The notes beneath the pieces were generated by a model that did not search any database, had not been told where the DNA came from, and was given only the letters and a program-made list of their open reading frames with translations. Source: Octopus vulgaris (taxonomy: Eukaryota). From it: a stretch of DNA of 64,000 nt. Shown here one piece after another: positions 1-12,970 of this stretch (position 1 is the stretch's first letter; each line of letters starts with the position of its first letter). The stretch is taken from contig OX597815.1 in assembly GCA_951406725.2 (NCBI GenBank), positions 138,880,001 through 138,944,000 of the forward strand, given 5' to 3'. The position numbers and the translations under genes were made by a program.

Positions 1-59
1 GTTCCTGAATCCCAATCAGTGTGTGGCCTCATATGAGTAATGACACATCCTTCCATGTG

Positions 60-600
60 CATATCACTAAATTAGCAATGAAATTAGCAGGCGGCTGACC
101 GGGTGGATTCTTAGAACTTTCAGTACAGGAGGGCAGGAAATCATGATGGTGTTCTGGATAACATTTGTCCAAACCCATCTTGACTATTGCTCCCATAGTG
201 TTAAATTAATAGCGAAACGCAAAGAAGTCCAGGGAAGCTATACGAATATAATCTTCATGCAGCAAATTATTTACTGGAAAAGACCCAAGAGGTTTAGACG
301 TTACTTCCTGGAACGAAGGCGAGAAAGATATGCTGTAATATATATCCTGAAGATCCGATAAGGACTTGTCCCAAACTTTGTAAATGATACAAACAGATGA
401 ACGGGGTGCCATTGCATAAGGCCTAAAATTCCTTACCGTTAAAATATTGGGTCAGATACTGCAATGGGGGCTGAGAGACGTACACGGTATGGATGCGGAT
501 GTCTTTAAAACAAAACTGAACGTCCTACTTTCAAAATACCCAGATGAGCCAACTTCACAGTAGAAAGTGGGAATGAGGGCAGCATCATCAAACTCTTTCA
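60..600 (+). mobile_element. Decayed 3' end of a CR1-group LINE (post-RT C-terminal region)
   Basis: ORF 143-361 has FVQTHLDYCS...LERRRERYAVIYILKI, matching the CR1-type LVRPHLEYC...LERRRERY motif; similar to the copy at 30950-31860; frameshifted. Confidence 0.75.
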
Positions 601-1245
601 TTTTCACTAAATGCCAATTATTAAAGGAAGATTAATGAAGGCCTAGTTTCAGCTCAAAGCTGGTGTTGCAGTCTAATGCCAGAAGCAAGTTAAAGAAATC
701 ATCATCATCACCATATTCATCATCACCGTCATCATTATGATTATCGTCATCATTATTATTAACCTGCCTGATTTTGAACTTTTCGTTTGAGGATTGTTTT
801 TGGCTAAAATGGATAAAGCTAAAATTAATGAGTTTTAGACAAATATCTTAGTTGTAAATATTTGTAGTAGTTATCTATTCTTACACCTAAATTGTCTTTC
901 ATTAGCACGGTTGTGCTCTATCACCATGCTACTTTCAATCCATATATTTTCATCATGCAATCCAAGTACTGGCACTATTTTTAACTTAACGTTTTTACCA
1001 TAACTTAAAACGTTGCATCACTATAAAATGGGCAGTAGACATACACAGATTCCAGTTTAGATTGAAGATCATGAAATATAAAATAAGTGAGTGACTTGTA
1101 TCGTTATTCATCATTGGTTACTTCGTTATTTAGATTTTATTGAAATAAAGAAAAAAAAATGAAAAAAGCTTACAAGAGAAAGAACAAAAAGGTAATATCT
1201 AACAAAAATGCAATCTGACAGGTGTACGCTTCCTGAATTTCTATT

Positions 1246-1249
<4 letters not shown>

Positions 1250-1281
<32 letters not shown>

Positions 1282-1558
1282 TCACATCAACATCATAACG
1301 AAATGACGTTAACTCAGGACTATATAGATATCTTTCTCTCTCTACACACACTCAGACACATACACGCACACGCGCACACAGACACAGACACAGACACACA
1401 CATACACACACACACACACAAACAAACACATATAGAGCCACAGAGAAAAGAAAAGTTTTATGCATAGGGAAATATATATGTGTATAATTATATATATATA
1501 CATATATATACGCATACACACATATATGTACCTGTATTTCTTATCTATTTGTGTATGA

Positions 1559-1611
<53 letters not shown>

Positions 1612-1890
1612 TGTGTGAGTGTGTGTGAGTGTGTGTGTACACAAATGCACTCTGTATTTTTCATCAATACTTGCATATGCCTCTTTTTCTATCTAAATCA
1701 AATTCACTGATATATGTATATGAAATTTTATCTCACAGAATGTTCACATATCTATGTGTACGTAATTTTCAATATGTATGTGTACATAAACATGATTTAT
1801 ATGTGTAGCTAAAACTGATTTTATATACATATCAATATTTATGTATCATCTCTACCTATACATCTCTCTGTCTGTCTTTCTGTATATATT

Positions 1891-1935
<45 letters not shown>

Positions 1936-1950
1936 CTGTGTGTGCATACA
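1250..1950. repeat. Compound (TA)n/(CA)n/(TG)n microsatellites
   Basis: Directly visible; source of the spurious HT/YI/CV-repeat ORFs. Confidence 0.95.
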
Positions 1951-3409
1951 TTGTTGTAATCTATAATTAATTTTCTGCCTTAGTTTTAATTTCAGAGTTC
2001 ATTCAGCACGTACGCATGCAAAATTCAAACCTTCATTCTTTCACACAGACATTTGTCACGAAAACGCATGATTTTTTAATAACATCTAAAACATTTGCTT
2101 TCTTTTTCGACTGTTTTATCTACATTTCTTATGCAGAAGCTTTCGTTTGCACACATCCTATTATTTTATAAATAACAAACCACATACGTCTCATGTCTAA
2201 GTAAGTCGATGATCGGTAACTTAAAATTCGAACAACCAAATATGATATATCCGTTCTTACTATTAGAAAATAATAATCTCGTTTTGCTATCAAAAGTGCT
2301 CTTGTCTAGACTTTTGTACACACACAAAATGAATTTAAGCACAAATATAGTGTCTCCAAGACACTGAAATCATTAATATTGCGTTTTAACTGTTGCAGAG
2401 TAACATGTGTAGAAAGGATAAGAGTAGGAAAAAGATTTGAGAGGAGCTATGTGCTAAGGAGGAAAAACTGATTATAATTATCAGTGATGATAGAGGAACT
2501 TGAACACACTATGAGTGAAAATTCGTGGAAATAGTAAGGTTTGCATGTCGTAGGTGGTGCTGGCACGAATCGAACCAGTTCGAGAGAACAAACTTTTCTA
2601 TATAGCAATAGAAGAGATGGAGAGTTGCCGGAAAGAGCACGTCCAAGGTCTTGAACTTGGAGAGTGTGCGTTCTGGATGCGGTGTGTGTGTAAGTATATA
2701 TATAAGAGTGTATAAGTATTTATGTACAGAGGGGTGACCCTTGACAGGACCCCTTACACGCTGGAAAGAGCAACTAAACCCAAACCACAAGAAAAAAGAA
2801 ACTTCAAAGAGAATGAAAACAAAAACTATTTATAGTTAACCTCAAACTCGAGTTTCTGTATTAATGAACAAATAAATTAATTTGTCATCCGTATTTCGTC
2901 AGTGCGTACTAAAAGGCTTTGAAATTATGAAAATTTTACTGTGAGATATTATAAGGGTAGAAAACTTATAAAGGTAATTATGTATAACACTTTTATGAAA
3001 ATAATTATTATATCACTTATGAATCTTTTCTAACTGTCATTTGACATATTCAATGGAGTAAAAATTTTATATTACCTCGCGCGACTGCTACATGCGTCTA
3101 ATATATAAATGTTCACCAATCAATTCCAACGTTCATACATAGCTTTCTAAAACAAACCTTCTTTAAAGACAAGCTGTTTTTATAACAGCGACCTGAGTAG
3201 ACATAATTCGCGACGCAATTCCATATACTTTACATTTTTGAAAATTTAATGTGAAATCGATAAAGTGTATTCCTATATCTTAAAATATAATTAGATTCAA
3301 ATTAATTCTAATACATTCCCTGTGCATTTCCAACTTTGTTTCTTTTATTCCTCCATATGTTTGGATTAATAATAATTGCTCTTTCTATTTCTCCCGATCT
3401 CTTTTTTAA

Positions 3410-3492
<83 letters not shown>

Positions 3493-3732
3493 CTGCGTAT
3501 AAACATGAGAGATGCTTTGCCCACACAGAAACTGAAGGAGCTACTCAGAGGTTTTGCAAGTCCTTCTAAGTCCATTGCCATGCTGTCATGCTGGAAACCC
3601 TTCCGTACCGTCAGCAGGTATCTCAGGGTTAGAAGAACTTCTGTGACAGCAAGGACTGAACACTTGCGATCTCTTACTAACCAATGCCCAACTCGAGCAA
3701 GTTTTATTAATATATATATATAGATATATAGT

Positions 3733-4495
3733 CCTTCCAAAGAGATGGCCCAGCTCGATAAGTGAGAAGAGTGTTGGTAGAAACTCTATCCGTTGTACCC
3801 AGTGCAAGCTTTGGGCACATAAGAGGTGCTGCGGTATAAAAGGAAGGTTAACGGAGAATATAGCCTTTGTGTGTGTGCAGGTACAAAAGGCACTAAAACA
3901 CAGACAACAGGCTCTCACAAATACTCGGGCGGGTCATTAGCTTCTGTTACTTAGGAGACCAAGTTAGCAGTGAGAGAGAGAGAGAGGGGGGGGAGAGAGC
4001 GAGAGTTCTGAAAATGTAGTTGCTAGGATAAGAAATGGGGAGGGTGAAGTTGAGAGTTTCTACCCTTGTTGGTAACCAAGGGCCTCTCACTCAGAATGAA
4101 AGGCAAATTGTATGATGCCTATGTACGTACAGCTATGTTACATGTCAAAGAAGCATGGGTTTTGATTACAGAGGACTTGCGAAGGCTTGAAAGAAATGAA
4201 GCTAACCTGCACCCCTGGATGGGTAATGTCAGTGTGCATATATGACAAACGATTTAAGAGGAAAACTGTGCATAAGAGGCAGCAGATGTTGCATGCAAGA
4301 GAGGAGACTGCACTGGCTCGGTCATGTGATGCATTTGGGGGAGGACAACTGCATAAAAAAGTGCTGAGCTCTAATTATGGAGGGTACCTGTGGACGGGTA
4401 GACTCAGGAAGACGTGGGGCGAATGCCGGGCCTCACTGTGGAAATTACAAGGGACCAGGAGATTTGCTGTACTTAATAAGACACGTCAAGTTATG
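3733..4495 (+). mobile_element. Decayed RTE-clade LINE 3' half (Cys-rich insert plus post-RT region)
   Basis: Translates to PSKRWPSSISEKSVGRNSIRCTQCKLWAHKRCCGIKGRL..FVC, then KGLSLRMKGKLYDAYVRTAMLH and RRLHWLGHV; typical of RTE-like ORF2; many frameshifts. Confidence 0.75.
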
Positions 4496-4519
4496 TGAAT
4501 TCGTTTTTCTCCACACATA

Positions 4520-4825
4520 CAGGCTTGTTCTTTCAAGTACCGATGCCACTTAAAAAAGCAGCCGTGCCGGACTGCATTAACGCAGTGCCGGTGCCGGTGG
4601 TGCGTAAATGCACCCATGACAGTAACACGTAAAAATTACCCAGCACACTCTGTTAGGTGGTTGGCGTTAGGAAGAGCATCCAGTCATAGAAACCATGCTA
4701 CAACCGACAGTTGGAGTCCGAACAGTTCCCAGCTAGCTAGTTCCTTGTCAAACCGCCCAACAACTGTCAACATAGAGAGCAGGCGGACGTTAAACGTTGA
4801 TGATGATAATGATGATGAAGATGAT
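4520..4825 (+). mobile_element. SINE/RTE-related 3' segment with (ATG)n tail
   Basis: Contains GGTGGTTGGCGTTAGGAAGAGCATCCAG...AGAAACC and ends in GACGTTAAACGTTGATGATGAT. Confidence 0.55.
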
Positions 4826-4850
4826 ATATATATATATATATATATATATA

Positions 4851-5267
4851 GGCGTAAGAGTGGCTATAGGCGTAGAGGTGGCTATGTGGTAAGTAACTTG
4901 CTTACGAACCACATGGTTCTGGGTTCAGTCCCACTGCGTGGTACCTTAGGCAAGTGTCTTCTACTATTGCCTCGGGCCGACTGAGCCTTGTGAGTGGATT
5001 TGGCAGACGGAAACTGAAAGAAGCCCGTCGTATGTGTGTGTGTGTGGAAGTATATGTATGCACGTGTGTATATGTTTGTGTGTCTATGCTTGTCCCCCCA
5101 ACATCACTTGACAACCGATGCTGGTGTGTTTACGTCCCCGTAACCTGGCGGTTCGGCAAAAGAGACCGATAGAATAAGTACTGGGGTCGATTTGATCGAC
5201 TGAAGTGGGTGCTCCAACATGGTCACAGTCAAATGACTGAAACAAGTAAAAGAGTAAAGTGTAAAAG

Positions 5268-5268
<1 letters not shown>
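4851..5268 (+). mobile_element. tRNA-derived SINE family A (full length, internal TG/TA microsatellite)
   Basis: A-box-like TGGCTATGTGG, B-box-like GGTTCAGTCCC, tail CAGTCAAATGACTGAAACAAGTAAAAGAG; homologous to 37106-37565. Confidence 0.85.
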
Positions 5269-5322
<54 letters not shown>

Positions 5323-8221
5323 GCATGTACTATGTGACTGTGTGCGTGTGTTTTGGGGTGTGGAGTTGTCTATATACTTGTCCGAATTCTTGTACATATT
5401 TGGTGATTGAAATATATTAATATATAACGTTGTAGAGAGTGCTGTTTCTCCACGTAATTACATTTCCACTTTCGCCAGAATTTCATTTTCAAAATAACAC
5501 TCATGGGTTTAATAATCTTTCATTGGTTTCCTTCTTCGAAACTCATATATTAACAATATACATTTCGCTAAGATCCATTTTGATCAGATGCCTTCAAATA
5601 CAAGAAAACGCAACATATGAGTTAGGACACACGCACACACACAAAACGCGCGCGCACACACGCACACGCACGCAAGTATATATGTATATGTATGTATGCA
5701 TGTATGTGTTTATTGTCGAAATTTCATTTTTAATAATTAAGATGTCCACTTCGATTTATATTTGTGAGTTTTAGTACTTTTCAGAAAATATTATTAATAA
5801 ATACCTCCTAAATCTATTCTTCCGACAATCTTTTTACCCTTTTGTTTTATATTTTTGTTTTGTAATTTTGTAATTTTAATAAATTTAACTTTCATCGATC
5901 AGTCTTTACAATAAAAGTTGTTTTACAGAGTAATTACTGATTCACTTTAAAAACTACTTTAGTTTATTATATTGATTTGATAACTTCCTATAATTCTATA
6001 ACATTTTTCTCGTATTTCAAGCCACAATAAATGTCATTCGTTTTATATTATAAAACAAATTTAAGAATAATTTATTTTGTTGTTTGAAAAGCTCTGGTAA
6101 TTTCTGTAATCAGAGGAAGAACTCTCAAGAGGATAAAATCGTCTTGAAACAAGTTGAAAATTTCTAAATTATGTTAGTCGCGTCCTCGAAAAAGGACATT
6201 TTCCCTTTAAAAATACATTCACGCACAAAAATATACACACACACACACACACATACTCACTCACACTTGCGCTCGCGCGCGTACACACACACATGCGTGT
6301 ATGTTTATAGGGCGCACGCAAAGCAGAGAACATCCAACCAATAACGAATCTATATATGATATTTCTAGCGATTTTAACGTGTGTATCTCATCGCTGTGGC
6401 TTGTTCGACATCGAAGAATGCATTCTTCCTTTAGAGTATGTGTGTCATTGGATTATAGGATAAACGCTTGTACAATACCAGTACACGTTCTAGGTCTCTC
6501 TGATTAGTACTCAGTGATAGGCAGAAGTATGATCACCAATAATCACGTGGAATTACAGGTTTTACATGAGATTGTCCCTCTTCTAGAAGGATGCTGTGAT
6601 ACCAACTTGGGATCTCTCACATCCGAAGAATTTTATTGAACACTTTGACGACAACCACAAGTATTTTTGCATCCTTGGGATAAGATGGATTCTCATTACA
6701 TTACTTATATGCTAATCAACCTATAGCTGAAAAATTGACACGTGTTACAACTCCAAGTCAGTGCAGACCTGAGAACAATAGATACTGACGGGTGGTTCCA
6801 CACTCTCCAAAAACTTGATTCTTCAAACCAGATCCTCATTATTGGATGCAGCTTAAATTCACAGTTTAAATTCACATGCATATACACATAACACACACAC
6901 ACACAGACACACAGACACACAGACACACACAGACACACACACACACACCGCATGCACAAATACATATATATACACATATACATAATTACAGTTTTACTTG
7001 GCACGTAATATTAATTATCGTCCTCGTTAAAAAGATCCTTGTATTTGTGCATCTTGAAATATTTGCATGTCTTTCATATATTTTTGAACTATATAATTGT
7101 ACTGCCCACCCTACAGCACGTGTATGTGAATAATAATATCACTGTCTTTAAAGCGTTTCTTTAAATTCAAACTGAACAACTCATTTGATCAAACATTTCC
7201 GATTAACAAAAAAGTTTTTACAAAACTCATTCAACTGAAAGAACTTTACTTGCCGATGACAGAATTTAATTTCTTATACAAAGTGAAAACCTATTGAGAA
7301 TTGCAGCGATCTCATCAATTTCACATGCTACAGGGATTCCATAAGGAGATGATGCAATGCTTTCGCATGATGTAAACACTACATACAACAGAGACACTAA
7401 AACAAGATAATTTCAGAAATTAATAAATGTTTTCATGTTGAACATTAAAATGCTGTTAGTAATTTAGAATATCATGTAAAAGACGATACAAAGACTAAAA
7501 GCCTAATTGAAAAACTTGCTCTTGTGTTATACAAAATCACATATTTTCATAATGTTATTTAATTTTATTATTTTAAAATGCTTTAGGTGAATGTTTACTT
7601 TCTCATGTTATGGCACAACACTGAACGGCCAAATAAATTTTGTCTCAACACACATGCTCAAAAGCGCACCCATAATCACACATATACACACGTACGCATA
7701 AAAATACAAGCACACACAAACATACACACACATATACATACACACACGCATATACATACGCATACACACGTGCACAAGCGTGCGTAGACACAGACAAGCA
7801 CATATACATACATTTGAAGCTGGAATTTAAATCCATTGTTATTTAAAAGTGTCGTGTTAACGGTTTCGAACAACATGGACAACTAATGGAAATAGGATAT
7901 CGTGTTATATAGAAATAAAAGCTCTAGTTTCTAGTTAGAACGGTCAGAGTAACTTGTTGAGTGAAGCGTGAACAAACTGGCATTGAAACGTATCATAGCA
8001 ATATACTTGTCTATGTACGAAGTAAATAACATGGTGTGGTTAAGTTTGTTAAAAGTACAGACCACATGGATCAAAAACTGTAGATAAACTACATTGTAGT
8101 TCTCTTAGACTTTCTAACATACGCTGTTAGTGTGTATTATACATCGACCTACTTATATATAAATATGTATATATACATGGAGATATATATGCGCTTGTAT
8201 GTGCGTGCGAGTATACGTTCT

Positions 8222-8391
8222 TTCATTCTTTTAATTGCTTCTGTCATTTGACTGCGGCCATACTGGAGCACCTCCTTTAGTCGAACAAATCGACCCCGGG
8301 ACTTATTCTTTGTAAGCCTAGTACATATTTTATCGATCTCTTTTGCCGAACTGCTAGATTATGAGTACGTAAACACATCAACTTCGGTTGT

Positions 8392-8392
<1 letters not shown>
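8222..8392 (-). mobile_element. SINE family A, 3' portion
   Basis: Reverse complement matches the 3' half of 37106-37565 (GGCAAAAGAGA..GATA...GGTCGATTTGTTCGACTAAAGG..GTGCTCCAG). Confidence 0.8.
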
Positions 8393-8422
<30 letters not shown>

Positions 8423-8429
8423 GTGTGTA

Positions 8430-8568
8430 TGCAAAATGTAACAATATGTGGATCGTTGGCGACTTTTTTTTTCTCCGTCTTCCTTTTCTCTTGGACTTCC
8501 TTCTGTCTCCTGTTTCTGAAAAAGAGCTTTGTTCGAAACGTAAAACTACCTTTCTTTCGTTCCCTGAG
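8430..8568 (+). mobile_element. Penelope-like pLTR fragment with degenerate minimal hammerhead (continues at 9123-9190)
   Basis: GTTT-CTGAAAA-AGAGC TTT GTTC-GAAAC-GTA-AAAC at 8512-8546; the downstream sequence resembles 23698-23798. Confidence 0.55.
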
Positions 8569-9113
8569 ATGACATTTTTTTCCCACGAGAGTTCCGGTTC
8601 CCGCCAATGAACTCATTTGCATACAACCAATCAGAGCTCACCTTGATCTTGTTGTCAAGTTAACAAACACGCTCTTCCAAGTAAACGGAAGACGAAGAAC
8701 GGTGTTGTAAGTCGACTGATCGTCAAGTTATGCCTGATTTTAGAAGGAGACAAGTAATTAGATAGATTTGCATCTATACCAATTATCATATTTACTTAGG
8801 GCACCATATGGTAAATATGTGGATGGGGAAAATATGGGTAGAGGGTGATGTGCTAGCAACTATCTTCCCTTGCAGTTTTACAAAGTAAACAACAACACAA
8901 ATAACTACGTAAAGGCAGCCATGGTTGAAACAAGAACAACAAGCATTCTAAAAAGAGAAAAGAGACATGGTTATTCTTTACACATGTGATCTTACCTTAT
9001 TGCCCATCACTTGTTATGCGTTCATAAATTAGGTTGATAGTTCAGCTCTGATTGACTGTATGCAAATGATTTCATAACTGGCGTCCGGAACTCTCGAGGG
9101 GAAAAACGTTCGC
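8569..9113. mobile_element. MITE with ~70-bp TIRs and 9-bp flanking duplication (Mutator- or hAT-like)
   Basis: Left TTTTCCCACGAGAGTTCCGG..ATGAACTCATTTGCATACAACCAATCAGAGCT versus right AGCTCTGATTGACTGTATGCAAATGATTTCAT..CCGGAACTCTCGAGGGGAAAAA; TTCCCTGAG at 8560-8568 and 9114-9122. Confidence 0.75.
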
Positions 9114-9265
9114 TTCCCTGAGCGTCTGTTAATACCTTTCATGTTGTTTTTTTTCTGGTGTTTTTTCTTGTTTTTTTATTAACTAATTACATGCATAATT
9201 ACACATGATTACATACACACACATGATTACACACAAACACCACACATTATACATATACACATGTA

Positions 9266-9478
9266 CGAGGAGGTACTGAAAAGTTCCTGGTTTTGGGGTT
9301 AAAAAAATCCAGGAGGATCAGTTAATTATGATTTTATTGAACATATTCCACTCTGAGAATCACACACATAATGCGGTCCTTCAGTTTTTCTAAGCTCTGT
9401 AAAACAACTAGAAAAGATGGGCCTCTATGAGGCATTTCACGATACTCTTAAAGCCAAGAACTTCTCAGCACCTACTCG
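9266..9478. mobile_element. Mariner-type MITE with TA target duplication
   Basis: TIRs CGAGGAGGTACTGAAAAGTTCCTGGTTTT / AAAGCCAAGAACTTCTCAGCACCTACTCG, flanked by TA at 9264-9265 and 9479-9480. Confidence 0.85.
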
Positions 9479-10234
9479 TACCTATATATGATAGATGTAG
9501 GTGTATATATGTACTTACACACATCTACATATTCACTTTTATATAACATAATACACCGCATATACCGACGTACAGGACGGAATTTGAACTTTACAAAAAT
9601 CACCCCAAAGCTAAGTGTCGTCTTACATAGACCGTATAAAATCTGAAGTTTAAATTCTTGTGGTTTAGAGTAGCACCAATGTCAATGGAGAACAGTGTAA
9701 AGCACTTATCGATGGAGACACTGTAAAACATTCATACATATCCTATGGTTCTACATCTCAGTATTTTGTACTGATACTGACACCTATGTTTGGGAAGCTG
9801 GATAAATAGTAAGACTATATTAAAATAACAGCACAGCAAACTTAGCGGACAGACTCCGGTCACCATTTGCAACAGCTGACGAACAGAAAATGTAAACAAA
9901 CAACCCGTTCAGCCGTTGTCGCAGAGTCCGTTCTGTTTACACTGTCTCGTTAGAGCGCCCTCACATACAACGCTTAGCTAGCGCCGAGGGCTTTCAAGAT
10001 AAGTGTACTTTACGGTAATTAATCTAACTGCTACTACAGATTACCAGCATATATCAGTACCTTCTGTGATTGGCCAGTTTGTGTCAGTCAGACCAATCAC
10101 AATAAAACCTTACAGATACCGGTTACTTTTAGACATTTACAGACAGGGTTCCTTGAAAATGCTCACGTTGTCACTCTTTTATAAGTAGCATTACACTCAC
10201 TGGGTGAACATTAATTTCCAGTAACTGTAAAACC

Positions 10235-10540
10235 GCTCATACCACCAAGTAATAAACGAAGGAAATATGTAGGCGGTTTTAAGCTGAAAGTGGTAGCATA
10301 CGCCAAGTCCCTCAACAACTGTGCTGCTGAGAGAGAATACGGTGTAACCGAGACGATGGTAAGTGTTTGGAGATTAAATGAAAACTTATTAAGGAGTATA
10401 CCTGGAAGAAAATGTGGAATGGGAAGAGGCACTGTACACTGACCGATTCTAGAGAAACATGTTGGAGAAATGGTCCGTGAGCAACGTAAAAATAGATATG
10501 TTGTTTCAAGACCAATAGACTCCTGAAGTAAGACAAAATT
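10235..10540 (+). mobile_element. pogo-like transposase N-terminal remnant (Brinker-type DNA-binding domain)
   Basis: PPSNKRRKYVGGFKLKVVAYAKSLNNCAAEREYGVTETMVSVWR and later LEKHVGEMVREQRKNRYVVSR resemble BrkDBD plus CENP-B HTH of pogo transposases. Confidence 0.65.
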
Positions 10541-10919
10541 TACAAATTAAAGAAAATACAAGCAGTGTAATTTATTACAACATTTCTAATATATTACAAT
10601 ATAATATTATACATATCGTAATCAAATCTCTAAACCCGCTTTAAGTAAATGGTGTTATTATGGTATACTTGACACCATGTTAGCTCCTGTAAAATAACCG
10701 ATGCCCAAGTGACGTCACTACGGTAGTCTTTACTCCAGCCGAGTACGTTTGATGTTTATTATAGTAGGTACTTTACAATATTTGGCCACTTTTTGAAAAG
10801 ACCTGGATAATCTTTAGACAACCAAGACTGCAGAGTTATTGCACACAACTAATTAAAATGTAGTTAAATTGCTATTGAAACACAACAAAATAAGAGCTTT
10901 CAGGGGCCGCTGGGGAAAC

Positions 10920-12680
10920 TACAGCTCACCCGAGCCCTTTAGCTATGAACCTCTTGACTTCGGCGTTCGAGTTATTTTCCATGAAAACTTGTGTTTTGTT
11001 GCTCCATATCTTCTTGCAGAACTCTTCCATTTCCTCACTGTTAGGTGGCTCGTTTACTTGTATCTTGCTTTTGCTAATTTCCCTATAAAATTTCTTTGCA
11101 TCCGTTTTTGTTTTGCTACTTTCCACTTGGGAGGTCTATTGACATGGTTGGTCCTTTTCTGCGTCGTCCTGATACCTAGTTGAGCAGGTACAAATTTAGC
11201 AGTGGAATAGATGAGGTTATTTAATGTTGTTAGGTCATTTCCCTTATTACTTAAGATCTAAGAGCGACAATATATATCATGGTTATGTTGTTGATTTTTA
11301 TGGTGCTTGAGAACTTTGCCAGTGGTTCTCTATTGGTCTATGTCACTAGACTCAGTCTTACTGAGTTTTGTCATATCTTCTTTTGCTTCTACGATATCCT
11401 CTGTATTATTCTCTTCAAATTCTGTGTCATACCTCTTCTGGTGTTCTTGAGGTAGGTCTATTTTCTCCTCTTTTTCTGCATATCTGTTCTCCGCCATATT
11501 GTATCCACCTTGCACGCTGGGATGTATTGCTCGTACACTGGGTTTTGTGCATCTGTTACCTATTTCATTGCATTGTTGCTGTTTTCATTTGGTCTATCAT
11601 GAGATATTTGCGTTCTAATTTGGCTAATTTCAGCGTCAGTTAACTTTTTATTCTTAATGTTAAAGGCGGTGCTTCAGCGTGGCCGCAGTCAAATGACTGA
11701 AACAAATAAAAGAATAAAGGAATAAAAGAATAAAAGAATGATGTCTCTACGTACACTACTTAGTTTATTTGTATCTATATACCTGCGTACTTCATTTCCT
11801 AAATTTCATGAAATGTAAGTTTGTACTCTGAAGCTATTGTTTGGGTTTAGTTGGGCTGTATAGAAATCTTTCAACATATCTCTATAACCATCTCTAGTCC
11901 ATTTTATGCGTTTTGCTTTTGGTGATGGTTTTGGTGGGGTCACTACAGACCTAGGGTTCGGGTTATCGTGGATCTGGTTACTAAGTAGATCGTTTTTTTA
12001 GAGAGTTTGTTCCAGAAGACTTCTCGGATCCCGTATGGTTCCCCACTGAGTAACACCGTCTTTGTTGTCCCGGGTGATAACAGATCCGGTGTGAGTTTTG
12101 GCTTATCCATAAGGCATTGACACTGACAATAGGAGACGGGTATATTTGTTCAGAGTTGACTATTTGATCTGAGACCGCTTCCTTGTTCTTCGAATGGATA
12201 TATTTATATATCGGAAGCTATAGATCGAAAATTGCCTCTATTTCTTTGGTAGCTATGTTTTCCGGCTCAAATGTTTGGTTTATTTTAAACTTAGTGACTA
12301 ATTTTATATTCGTCTGTGGGAAGTCACTTTGTTTTTGTTTGGTACAACGTCGCTCGTTACACGAGCTTTTATTTTATTTTCCGTGTATGTACGTGTGTGT
12401 TGTGTAGGCATTATTTATGTTGCTTATAAATATTAACATGTGCACATGGATGCGTGGACAGTTAGTTGTATATATAGGTAATTATTCAAATTACTGTGGT
12501 AGAGGTGTTTTTCCAGGTTTTCTGGTGCTGGTTTCGGCTTCTAACGTGTGGAACTATCATGCCTTGAGCTATCATGCAATTAAGAAAGAGACTACATTTT
12601 ATATGGAAAAAGTCTTTCCGGTTTTTTAGTTCCTTTAATTTGACAGAAATTTTTTCACGGCTGCATTGCAAAGTTTTCCT
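10920..12680 (-). mobile_element. R4/Dong-type LINE, 5' portion (decayed, interrupted by a SINE tail)
   Basis: KKFYREISKSKIQVNEPPNSEEMEEFCKKIWS parallels KKFYQKLGKNKIDIN..EVEEFWKEIWS at 49960-50060; begins beside a trinucleotide array. Confidence 0.6.
11664..11738 (+). mobile_element. SINE family A 3' tail
   Basis: GGCGGTGCTTCAGCGTGGCCGCAGTCAAATGACTGAAACAAATAAAAGAATAAA. Confidence 0.75.

Positions 12681-12970
<290 letters not shown>

Noticed and set aside
2391-2758. Possible solo LTR (TGTAAGGGG.. on the minus strand, TATA-like box)
   Set aside because: No matching TSD or defined second end.
8590-8715. Host gene promoter (E2F/CCAAT/octamer)
   Set aside because: The motifs are mirrored at 9045-9110, so they belong to MITE TIRs.
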